Shown here piece after piece: positions 16,137 to 25,000 of a DNA stretch of 32,000 bases. The stretch is taken from the NCBI GenBank assembly GCA_045568075.1, contig JBJLBP010000001.1, positions 1,470,001 through 1,502,000 on the forward strand. Direction: 5' to 3'. A program made the position numbers and the translations under genes. The notes under the pieces were generated by a model. The model was given only the letters and a program-made list of their open reading frames with translations. It had not been told where the DNA came from and made no database searches. This stretch comes from Candidatus Thalassarchaeaceae archaeon (GTDB taxonomy: Archaea; Thermoplasmatota; Poseidoniia; Poseidoniales; Thalassarchaeaceae). Position 1 is the stretch's first letter; every line of letters starts with the position of its first letter.

Positions 16137-17024
16137 TCAGCCAGCCGCCTCGGCTCTTGCGACCTCGCGGCTGGTAGTCAGGACATCGATTCCGACATCT
16201 GACAGTCTCCAGTTAGGGCGCCTCGCCTCGCTCGCAGCGATGACGAGTTCAGCCGCTCGCAATTCGGCAAGATGATGACTCAGCAATTGTCTCGAGATCT
16301 CCAACTTCGTGCGAATTTCGGCGCCTTGTAATCCGATTTGGCCCGATGCGGCAAGAACTTCGAGAATCGCCAAGCGCGTCCCCGCGATTGGATTGCGGAT
16401 TCGGCTCAATTCCTCCTTCGAAAGTGTCGCAACCGCATACCGACGAAGTTTCCCATCTCGCCAAGAGATGATCTCGCCATTATTCTCCAGAGTGTGTAAA
16501 TGATACGCAGTCACCCCATTCGCCAAACCGAGAGCATCACGCAAAGCAGAGAAATGGATTCCAGCATTCGCCTCAAGATAACCCAGCAATCGACCGCGGG
16601 TGAGCATATCATCGCGGTTCGCCTTCATTCGCGCGACCAAAGGAGTTGCCAGCGCGATCAATACTGTGACTCGCATCGCTTCAAACAGCACAGACCCAAC
16701 GGCCAACGAGCCCAGAGCAGTACCTCCACCAACTACCAAACTGGTCGGAAGATCATAACCTGAATCGGATTTTTCCTCAGAATCAAAATCACTTTCCAAA
16801 ACTGGTTCTCCTTCATCCTCTCCCTGTCTATCGTCTTGATCGTCACCCTGAGTATCTTCATCTCCTTCAGCGGCACCCTCTGCGGCAAAGTCGGATAGAG
16901 GTAGCATGGACGACTCGTCTTCATCAAATTCAGCCGAGGGAGCTTCATTCAGCATCCAACCACCAGCGAGCAACGCAACGACAGCGAGCAGGGTGTAAGC
17001 ACGGACAGCGGATACTCCATCCAT
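16137..17024 (-). CDS. Membrane-anchored transcriptional regulator with two winged-helix (ArsR/MarR-like) domains
   Basis: N-terminal TM (YTLLAVVALLAGGWML), an acidic loop of about 70 aa, a second hydrophobic region (LVVGGGTALGSLAVGSVLF...), then wHTH 1 (IHFSALRDALGLANGVTAYHLHTLENNGEIISWRDGKLRRY) and wHTH 2 (RLAILEVLAASGQIGLQGAEIRTKLEISRQLLSHHLAELRAAELV). Confidence 0.7.
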   Translation of the reverse strand: MDGVSAVRAYTLLAVVALLAGGWMLNEAPSAEFDEDESSMLPLSDFAAEGAAEGDEDTQGDDQDDRQGEDEGEPVLESDFDSEEKSDSGYDLPTSLVVGGGTALGSLAVGSVLFEAMRVTVLIALATPLVARMKANRDDMLTRGRLLGYLEANAGIHFSALRDALGLANGVTAYHLHTLENNGEIISWRDGKLRRYAVATLSKEELSRIRNPIAGTRLAILEVLAASGQIGLQGAEIRTKLEISRQLLSHHLAELRAAELVIAASEARRPNWRLSDVGIDVLTTSREVARAEAAG

Positions 17025-17124
17025 GAGTACCCGTGTGAGGTGTCGAATAAGAGGCGCGTGGTGAGATGATTTGACAATCTGGAGCGGCTTTGAATAAGGG
17101 GAGCACTCTCAGGAGGGTGTTACG

Positions 17125-18156
17125 ATGAGCGAAACTGAGGACACAACTGCAGATCGCGAGGAGGAGCTGGAAAAAGCCATGCTCACCGCAGCTCGCTCTG
17201 TCGTTATGACCTGCATGCAAGTGCGATCGGTCGAGGCGGTTCTGGTGATCACGGACCCAGAATCTTCTGAAGTTGGCAGAGCGCTCTACGAAGCTGCGTC
17301 TGAGGTGACTGAACGAGTTTTGCTGATGATGATGCCTCCAGGTCATCGAGAGGGCTCCGAACCGCCTAATCCAGTGGCTGATTTGATGCGTCGCCAGGAC
17401 GTGGTTCTGATGGCGACGAAGTATTCGCTAACACATACCCGGGCTCGTGCAACGGCCTCGCGCGAGAACGTCCGCATCGCATCCCTCCCCGGCATCGATT
17501 CTGAGACATTTGCTAGTGGCGGCATGACCGCAGATTACAACGCTCTGCAAAAGGAGATTTCTAGCCTCAATCCGCTACTGAGACGTAGGCGCGAGGTGCA
17601 TGTGACCAGTGAGGCGGGAACTGATCTGAAATTCACTACCGGAGGTCGATGGATCCTCGAAGATAATGGAATTTGTAACCGCCCGGGAGCGATAACTAAT
17701 CTTCCCGCTGGCAAAGTCTTCGTCCTACCTAAAGAGGGCACTGCGAACGGGCGGATCGTCATCGATGGCTCGTGGGAGGGGCAAAAATTGGAAACACCAC
17801 TCTCGATTCTTGTCGACGAAGGAATCGTCACTGATGTCAGCGGCGGCGAGGTTGCCGAGGAAATCAATCGCAAGATGGATGTGGCTCGCACCGGCTTGAG
17901 GCCGTCGAAGGCGGCTTTGGTCGGAAATCTGGCGGAATTCGGCTTCGGGATGAACCCTCGAGCCAAATTGATTGGAAATGCGCTCGAGGATATCGTCTTC
18001 CGTGGTGGAGCATACTTTGGATTCGGCAATAACAAGGCCCTGGGAGGCACTGTAAACGTGCCTCTGCATGTGCGAGGAGTTTGCCGGAAGGCTAGTGTTG
18101 CCCTCGAGGATGTCGACCTTTTGGTCGAAGGAAAAGTGACTGGGAGAGCGAGATGA
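17125..18156 (+). CDS. Aminopeptidase, M29 (AmpS/PepS, COG2309)-like
   Basis: Layout and segments resemble M29 aminopeptidases: VVMTCMQVRSVEAVLVITD, TNLPAGKVFVLPKEGTANGRIVIDGS, EFGFGMNPRA. SD GGAGGGTG (17112-17119) lies 5 nt upstream of the ATG. Confidence 0.6.
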   Translation: MSETEDTTADREEELEKAMLTAARSVVMTCMQVRSVEAVLVITDPESSEVGRALYEAASEVTERVLLMMMPPGHREGSEPPNPVADLMRRQDVVLMATKYSLTHTRARATASRENVRIASLPGIDSETFASGGMTADYNALQKEISSLNPLLRRRREVHVTSEAGTDLKFTTGGRWILEDNGICNRPGAITNLPAGKVFVLPKEGTANGRIVIDGSWEGQKLETPLSILVDEGIVTDVSGGEVAEEINRKMDVARTGLRPSKAALVGNLAEFGFGMNPRAKLIGNALEDIVFRGGAYFGFGNNKALGGTVNVPLHVRGVCRKASVALEDVDLLVEGKVTGRAR

Positions 18157-18761
18157 TGAGAGCAGTCCTTTGGTGCAACGGAGAAACTCCTACCGAAGAA
18201 TTGGTCACTCCGTTGCTAGAAGACACTGTACTCTACGGGGTTGACGGCGGCGCGGCAAAGGCCGCTGCCGCTGGTTACGAGGTCTCCGAGGTACTCGGTG
18301 ACCTCGATTCGATCGACCCTTCCGAGTGGGATGGTAAATCGACCCATCTCTCAGATGATTCTTCCAGCGACCTCGCCAAGTCCCTCGGCCTTCTGCAGAC
18401 GCGGGGCTTCACCGAGGTCGATGTAGTCGGAATCGATGGAGGCAGCCCCGACCATATTCTTGGAACATGGGCTGCCCTTACCGAGGCCCCTGTGGGTCTC
18501 GATATCCGCCTGCACCACGCAGGCGGAATTACCATCAGAGCGCACCCCGAAAACGGTGCACTCGAGCTACTCATCCCCAAAGGGGATGAATTCTCTATCT
18601 TCGCCCTTGAATCATGCCATACCGTGACCATTGAGGGTGCCCGATGGGAGCTCAAGGATGAACCACTCTCATTCTCTACAAGGGGCTTGCACAACGAATC
18701 TCTCGGAGAGCCAATCAGTATCAGCGCAGACGGCATTCTCGCTGTGATTATTCACACCTGA
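18153..18761 (+). CDS. Thiamine pyrophosphokinase
   Basis: The order VDGGA...GDLDSI...SSSDLAKSL...VVGIDGGSPDHILG plus a C-terminal beta-domain matches the TPK family. The start overlaps the upstream stop (ATGATGA). Confidence 0.6.
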   Translation: MMRAVLWCNGETPTEELVTPLLEDTVLYGVDGGAAKAAAAGYEVSEVLGDLDSIDPSEWDGKSTHLSDDSSSDLAKSLGLLQTRGFTEVDVVGIDGGSPDHILGTWAALTEAPVGLDIRLHHAGGITIRAHPENGALELLIPKGDEFSIFALESCHTVTIEGARWELKDEPLSFSTRGLHNESLGEPISISADGILAVIIHT

Positions 18762-18793
18762 GATATATCTCGTGGAAATCATCGGTAGAGGAG

Positions 18794-19918
18794 TCACTCG
18801 CTCTCAGCAGGTGCAGCCACAGCCGCATCCACACGAGGGTTCAGTGAGAGCAGCATAGCGATTGGGCGCGTCCTCGGATCGCTCTCCAAGACCAACTTCA
18901 TGATCACCGCAAGAGGCACTCCGAGAATCATTCCCATGATTCCCCACGCCCAGCCCCAGAAAGCAACGAGGACCAGTAAAACGATTGGAGACATGTCGAG
19001 CCGTTGTCCAGCGAGTTGAGGCTCGACAAATTGCCCCCAAGCGACTTGGTTACCGAATAGCGCGCCAAGGATTAGCAGGGCAGTCAGAGGGTCGTGCAGA
19101 ATGAATGAGAGAATCGCCGGCGGAATGAATGAAAGCGGCGCGCCGACGTAAGGGACGAAGTCGAGCATGAAGGTAATCGAAGCCCACATGAACCATCCGG
19201 GGATGTTCATGTACCACAGTAATAAAGCGACGAGAATCGCTTGACCAAAAGCCACCGTGGCCTTTGTGATGACATAGGTGTTGATGCCATCTCCAGCATT
19301 TGAGACGATGTCAGTGAAGCGAGCGATTTCCTCAGGATATGCGGCCTCGAGCCTGCGTGGCAGAGTCTCGGCCTCAACGATAATGAAAATCAGGAAGATG
19401 AACACTGTAACCGCGCTACCTGTGAAGCCAACAAGAGTTCCGACGAATCCAGTCGCGATCTCATTGATTCTATCGACTGTAATCAACTCGGTCAGCGCGC
19501 TTGTATCAAACGAATAACCGTAAATCGTCAATGACGAGAACCAAGATATCTTATCGTCCATCTGTTTTGAGAGAGTGTCTGCCTCAGAACTGAAGTCCTG
19601 TAAGCTCTGATAGAGGATGTCGGCGCCGATCAAAATCGCTATCACAACGCCGGTCATGAGAGTCCCATAGGCAGCCAATGGATGCCCATACCTTTCCTCC
19701 AGCCATTGCGCAGGAGGGCGAATCAGGAAGAAGAGAAGGATTGCGACAACCAGTGGTTGGAGTATCGCTTTCAGGTGAATAATAGCCAGTATACTGATCA
19801 AAAGTAGTATCGCGATATTGCTCAAAGTGCTAAGTTCAACTCCGCGAAATCCACGTGTCTGAGAAGTGCTCACGAGAGGCACGGTGAGGTCAGCCCACAT
19901 CAACTTCTCGCCGTTCAT
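18794..19918 (-). CDS. AI-2E family (PerM/UPF0118) transporter
   Basis: Multi-TM protein with the family-typical C-terminal block FVPYVGAPLSFIPPAIL...AFWGWAWGIMGMILGVPLAVIMKLVLE. Confidence 0.75.
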   Translation of the reverse strand: MNGEKLMWADLTVPLVSTSQTRGFRGVELSTLSNIAILLLISILAIIHLKAILQPLVVAILLFFLIRPPAQWLEERYGHPLAAYGTLMTGVVIAILIGADILYQSLQDFSSEADTLSKQMDDKISWFSSLTIYGYSFDTSALTELITVDRINEIATGFVGTLVGFTGSAVTVFIFLIFIIVEAETLPRRLEAAYPEEIARFTDIVSNAGDGINTYVITKATVAFGQAILVALLLWYMNIPGWFMWASITFMLDFVPYVGAPLSFIPPAILSFILHDPLTALLILGALFGNQVAWGQFVEPQLAGQRLDMSPIVLLVLVAFWGWAWGIMGMILGVPLAVIMKLVLESDPRTRPIAMLLSLNPRVDAAVAAPAESE

Positions 19919-21108
19919 TAATCTGAAAGTCGACGATAAATCGTGTTGAATCGCTCAGCATTGTGGCCGTAAGTGAATCGCTCGACCACACGTTCCCGCC
20001 CTGCGCGTCCGCGGGCTGCGAGACCTTCGGGGTCAGCGAGGAGGGCGAGGATAGCGCTTGACATCGAGTCGGTGTTGGCCATTGTGAAGAGGGTACCCAC
20101 CGACTCGTCGACCATTTCTGGAAGTGGGCCGTGGTCTACTGTTGCGACGGGAGTTCCAGAGGCCATTGCTTCGAGTGGGATGAGGCCTTGACCCTCATAG
20201 TAAGAGGGATAGACGACGAGGTCAGCTCGGCGGAATTCTGCTGCGAGCTCGTCGAATGGCATCCCAGAGTCTATTCGAACCGACTCAGCGATACCGAGTT
20301 TTTTCGCCTGTTTCTCAAGCCTACGGCGCAAATCGCCGCGGCCGACGATGAGTAATTCTGTGTTCGGCTGCCGCTTCTTTACTTCGGCGAAGGCGCGCAG
20401 CAGAGAGCCGTATCCCTTGCGCGCGGCAAGTCGCCCGACTGCGAGCAGGAGCCGTGTCTCGGTCTCGCGTGCTTCGTCGGATGGATAGAACATCTCGGTG
20501 TCGACACCCCAATGGATGACTTCGCAATTCCAATCTGATGAGGGTGAGTAACGATCGAGAAAGTCAGACTTTGTGGCCTCGGAATTGGCGACACAGATGT
20601 CCGAGCCCGCCAGCGCAGCCCTCTCGTACTTGGCGTAATGACCAGCGCTGAGAAGAATTGCTAGGTCATTCGGATTTGCCCAAACAGCGGCCTCCTTCTG
20701 GGCGGCGGCGGTTCTCAAGCCGTCTCGCTCGCCCAACCAGGAGCCGTGGAGGGAGGAGACAATCGGCGCAACATTTTCGCGGCAATCAGCGAACTGTGCC
20801 GCTGTCCACGATATCATGGGACAGTGAAGGTGGACAATATCGACCACATCGGTCGAATGCAATGTCTTGAGGTCGGCAAGAGCATGCTTGCCGTAGGATT
20901 TGGTGAAAGCCATCGGTGCATACAGCCAATTGACCTCTCGCACCGAGACTCCGGCTTGAACCGGAGACTGACCGCCGCCTTTGCGAGTGATGACGGTAAT
21001 GCGGTGACCCAGTTCGACCAAAGCGGCTGAGAGATGGAATACAGTCGAGCCCATTCCCCCCCACCTAGGAGGGTACTCGGCAGACAGCATAGCGATGTGC
21101 AGACCCAT
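19918..21108 (-). CDS. Glycosyltransferase family 4 (GT-B)
   Basis: N-terminal SAEYPPRWGGMGSTV and a C-terminal EGQGLIPLEAMASGTPVA (EX7E-type) motif. Its stop overlaps the AI-2E start (TAATG). Confidence 0.85.
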   Translation of the reverse strand: MGLHIAMLSAEYPPRWGGMGSTVFHLSAALVELGHRITVITRKGGGQSPVQAGVSVREVNWLYAPMAFTKSYGKHALADLKTLHSTDVVDIVHLHCPMISWTAAQFADCRENVAPIVSSLHGSWLGERDGLRTAAAQKEAAVWANPNDLAILLSAGHYAKYERAALAGSDICVANSEATKSDFLDRYSPSSDWNCEVIHWGVDTEMFYPSDEARETETRLLLAVGRLAARKGYGSLLRAFAEVKKRQPNTELLIVGRGDLRRRLEKQAKKLGIAESVRIDSGMPFDELAAEFRRADLVVYPSYYEGQGLIPLEAMASGTPVATVDHGPLPEMVDESVGTLFTMANTDSMSSAILALLADPEGLAARGRAGRERVVERFTYGHNAERFNTIYRRLSD

Positions 21109-21287
21109 TCCAACCGAGTCGCGCTCTCCGAACGCTCATTTCAATCGAATGGGCTTCGCGTCGCGCACAATCCGTCTTGAGCAGTGCCACTTCCTCGCCA
21201 ATCTCCCATTCGAAGTGTCTCGAACCGCCTGAGTCCGAGCGCCAGTATCATTCATAGCGGTCCGTTAGGTCGCCGAATTCGATTCAG

Positions 21288-22019
21288 ATGTCAGAAACGC
21301 TACCTGTTCACGTCACTGTGGTCATCCCAACTCGAAACGAGGAGGCGGCCATCGTCGATACCATCCGCTCGGTCCCGAACGATGGCTGGTGCGAAAAGCT
21401 CGACTTCCTAATCATTGATGGGAACTCGAGCGACCGTACGCGAGAGTTGGCCGAGCAAGAGGGAGCGACTGTGTATCTGGAGCCACGCAAGGGTTACGGG
21501 CGCGCCTACAAGACAGGATTTGCGATGGCCCCCGGCCAGATCATCATCACCATGGATGCTGACTGCACTTATCCTGGAGAAGAAGTTCCTGCGCTAGTCA
21601 AGAAACTCATCGACGAGGACCTTCAGTGGATTACCTGCGACCGTCTACGACGCGCTGAGGAAGGAGCAATGCCTGGCCTACACGGCTTCGGTAACTGGGT
21701 TCTCTCGACTACTGCAACGCTGCTATACTGGTATGGTGTACACGATTCCCAGAGTGGAATGTGGGTTTTCCGCAAGTCGATTTTCGAGGACGAGCGAGTT
21801 CGCCCGAAGCACGATGGCATGCCACTTTCTCAAGAGTTCAAGATACGTGCTCGACGCTATCTCGGCAAGAAGAAGACTGCAGAGGTCAGCGTTCCTTACC
21901 GGCCTCGCGTCGGCGAGGCCGAAATCAACACATGGGGCGATGGTCTACTCAACTTGCGCTTCCTCTTCACTCATCGCCTCGGCTTGACTCGTCAGGTCAC
22001 GCAATGGGGTCCTGAGTAA
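21288..22019 (+). CDS. Glycosyltransferase family 2 (dolichyl-phosphate hexosyltransferase-like)
   Basis: VTVVIPTRNEEAAI N-terminus and a DAD (DxD) motif in IIITMDADCTYP. 243 aa, soluble GT-A type. Confidence 0.8.
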   Translation: MSETLPVHVTVVIPTRNEEAAIVDTIRSVPNDGWCEKLDFLIIDGNSSDRTRELAEQEGATVYLEPRKGYGRAYKTGFAMAPGQIIITMDADCTYPGEEVPALVKKLIDEDLQWITCDRLRRAEEGAMPGLHGFGNWVLSTTATLLYWYGVHDSQSGMWVFRKSIFEDERVRPKHDGMPLSQEFKIRARRYLGKKKTAEVSVPYRPRVGEAEINTWGDGLLNLRFLFTHRLGLTRQVTQWGPE

Positions 22020-22044
22020 TCATTCGTCGACAGCAGACGTTGAA

Positions 22045-25000
22045 TCAGTCCTCATCAAACTCGTCATCGAGTTCTCTTGGATTGAAGGTTGACCACGATT
22101 CAATCATGTCAAGATCACGTTGAATCGCCTCACTGCGCTTCTTTTGATAGGCCATACCAGCGAGGATTAAGATAACCAAAACGCCGATGAAGTATGGTAA
22201 TCCACTTCCCATCAACCAAGTCAGGAGATTGGTCGATTGGGGCTCTTCAACTGTTAGAACTTCAACGAGGGCAGGGCTAGAGAATTCGCCATCTATTGCC
22301 CAGACCTCGATCTTGACCCAGCCAGGGTCCTCGATACGCCAAGTACCAACGTAGGTCCAGATTCCATCATCGGCGGTTTCGTCTCCACGCATACCGTCGT
22401 CTTGGAAGGTCAGAGGAAGCTCGTCGCCACCCTCTTTCATCACACCGAGCACAACTTGAGTGGTTCCGTCTGGATCTTCCAGCCTCACTGTGATTGTGAC
22501 TAGGGTTGATTCGTCCAAATCGATTTCCATGGGGTCGATTTGCATGTTAGAGAGGCTTGGAGACGAGGATCCAATGGTCAGGTTGACTGAGGTGGTCGAG
22601 GTGATCCCTCGAGAATCCTTGACCAGTAAGTCGATGCGAATTAGGCCAGGATTGAAGGTGACCTCGATGATGTCGCGGTCACCGAGCATCGTACCATCAT
22701 TGGTAGTCCATTGGTAGAGTACGATGTCGTCGTCATAATCGTAGGACTGCGTGCCATCGAGTGTGAGTTCCGTTCCAGGAGATATGTATTGTCCATCGAG
22801 TAATCCATCGATTACTGCGACCGGTCCAGTCTCCATCACGATAAGGGTCTGAGTATGAGTTCTTACTCGGTTGGTTGAGTCTCTGAGTTCGAAGGTTAAT
22901 TCGTGCTCACCAGCAGGTAAGTAATCGTTGTACCAATACTCAGTGGTCTTGTCTTCGAGGATTGGTTCGAGAAGCAGATTGGATGTGACGGTGACGGTGA
23001 AGTCATCGCCATCGGGGTCGAAGGACCGACGGAAGTCGAAGAGAACTGGTCCATTCGAGTAGACTTCGGCGTCTGGTATCGGTGAGTCGAGGACGAGGAT
23101 TGGCGCTGATTCCTCGACTCTGACGACGATGGATGTGCTGTCAGCATTACCCGATCCATCGTCGACTGTGAGTGTAACAGTGTGGTATCCTTTCGGCAGC
23201 CGAGCATCAAGGACCCAACCGCTACCGATCGGCTCGAGCAATCTGTCAGATGTCCAAACGACACTGACGAGGTCGTTGCTCGATGCCGCTGTTGGACTAC
23301 AGACGAAGCCGGAGCCATTGTCAGGCAAGTCGCCACAGGCAAGGTCCCAATCACCCGATCCAGTTGAATCGAAGCGAATGATTTCACCTGAATCTGTGAG
23401 TATTTGGTCAGCCGGTTGGGCTATGACAGCGGCAGGCGCTGAGTTGTTGACTCTGACTTGAGTGGAAGCGGAATTCCAGGTATTACTGTGAGCCGAACGG
23501 TCATCGCTGGTGTACATCGTGATGGTGTGGAATCCCTTTGTGAGCCAGCCTTGCCATTCGATGGTAAAGTCCGGCGTCGTGCCTTCGGCTAGTAGCCCGT
23601 CAAGGTCACTCCAAAACTCGAATCTGACCTCATCGCCCTCAGGGTCACTGACCATCGTTCCGTCGAGATAAACCACATGGGCAGAGGTCTCACCGGCTCT
23701 CAGCACATCGAATTCTGCCACCGGAATCTCGTTAAACAACCTCACATCGAAGCTCCAAGTCACATCGGGATTATTTCCATCCGAGAGATGAATTGTCAGC
23801 GTGAATTGTGTCGGTGCGCCGGGGAAGGCGAGGTCGAATAACATCGGACATCCCTCATCGGTTGGTGTCGAGAAACCATAATTCGTCTCGATCCAACAAG
23901 TCAGCGGATCATTCTCCGGGTCGCTGCTGCCATCTAGTGAAATTGTCGCGTTGGCAGTTCGACCGAGGTGCATGATTCCCCAAGATGAGATACCAGGTGA
24001 GGTCGAAACCGACAGGGAAGGTGGCCGATTGAACAACTCAATTGTACGCGTCTCGCTTACACAGTGATTCTCACTGTCGCAGACCTCGAGGGTAATCTCT
24101 TGCTCACCATCCGAGAGGCAGCCATCGGCAGTCTCGGGTGGATTATTCGTCACGAAGTATGAGCCATTATCGCCTGCGGGAAGAGTTCCAAAGCAGGAGG
24201 TGTGCAGGTCTCCGTCGAGGCCACTGGTCCAAGTGAAGGTCAGCGGGTCATCATCCAAATCCCAGGAAGCTGCCGCATCTAGAATCACTGAAGACCCACT
24301 GGGGAACTCCGCTTCATCCTCAGGGGTCGTCCAAATGATGAACGGCGGCTGGTTAGACAAATCAAGTCGACAATAGACAACCAGGTCGGCATCTAGAGTC
24401 ACAGCCGCCGTGTCATTGTGAATCCCATCATAATCACAGCCAACGTAAGCGATATTGTCCTGAGACCAACCTTGTGAGGGTATCCAGCGTGCCCCTACGA
24501 AGGGACCAAGTGTTTCGAAACCGCGATACGGAAGGCTTGTCGATTCCTCAGACTCCCAAGATTCGAATGAGATATTCACCTCCGCTAAAGGGATGTGTCG
24601 GGACAACTGATTGACCGCGTGAGCCTCGATAAACCACATGATGTCGAGTATGCTATCTGATTCTCCAAACGAAGGTTCGGAGATTGAGCCAGATGAAATC
24701 CACCTCACATGGCTCGAGGCTTCGAGATGGAATGTAGTCTCGTGCGCACTTCCTGATATGAAGCCCGAATCTGTGAGATTGACGAAGCTGGATTCGATGC
24801 TCGGTCGCGAACCTGTCGAGCAAGCAAGACCGAGGTTGTGAACAAGTAATTCAGTGTGATCGACGAGGTCGAAGCAAGTTCCCCCAATTCCCGAAATCGT
24901 GCTTGATGAGAGGCTTGAGGTGTAATCATCTCCAGCGCTCCAGTATACTCCTCCATTGTTTCCAGAGAGGTCAAGGCCTCCAATCATCGCGTTGACATCT

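Noticed and set aside
17535-18050. 171-aa antisense ORF within the aminopeptidase gene. Similar long antisense ORFs occur at 30388-30930 (uvrC), 12667-13089 (pyrC) and 6170-6568 (hel308).
   Set aside because: Each lies entirely opposite a gene with clear family motifs. The translations are Arg/Ser/Pro-rich with no recognisable domains, which is typical of stop-poor antisense frames in moderately GC-rich coding DNA.
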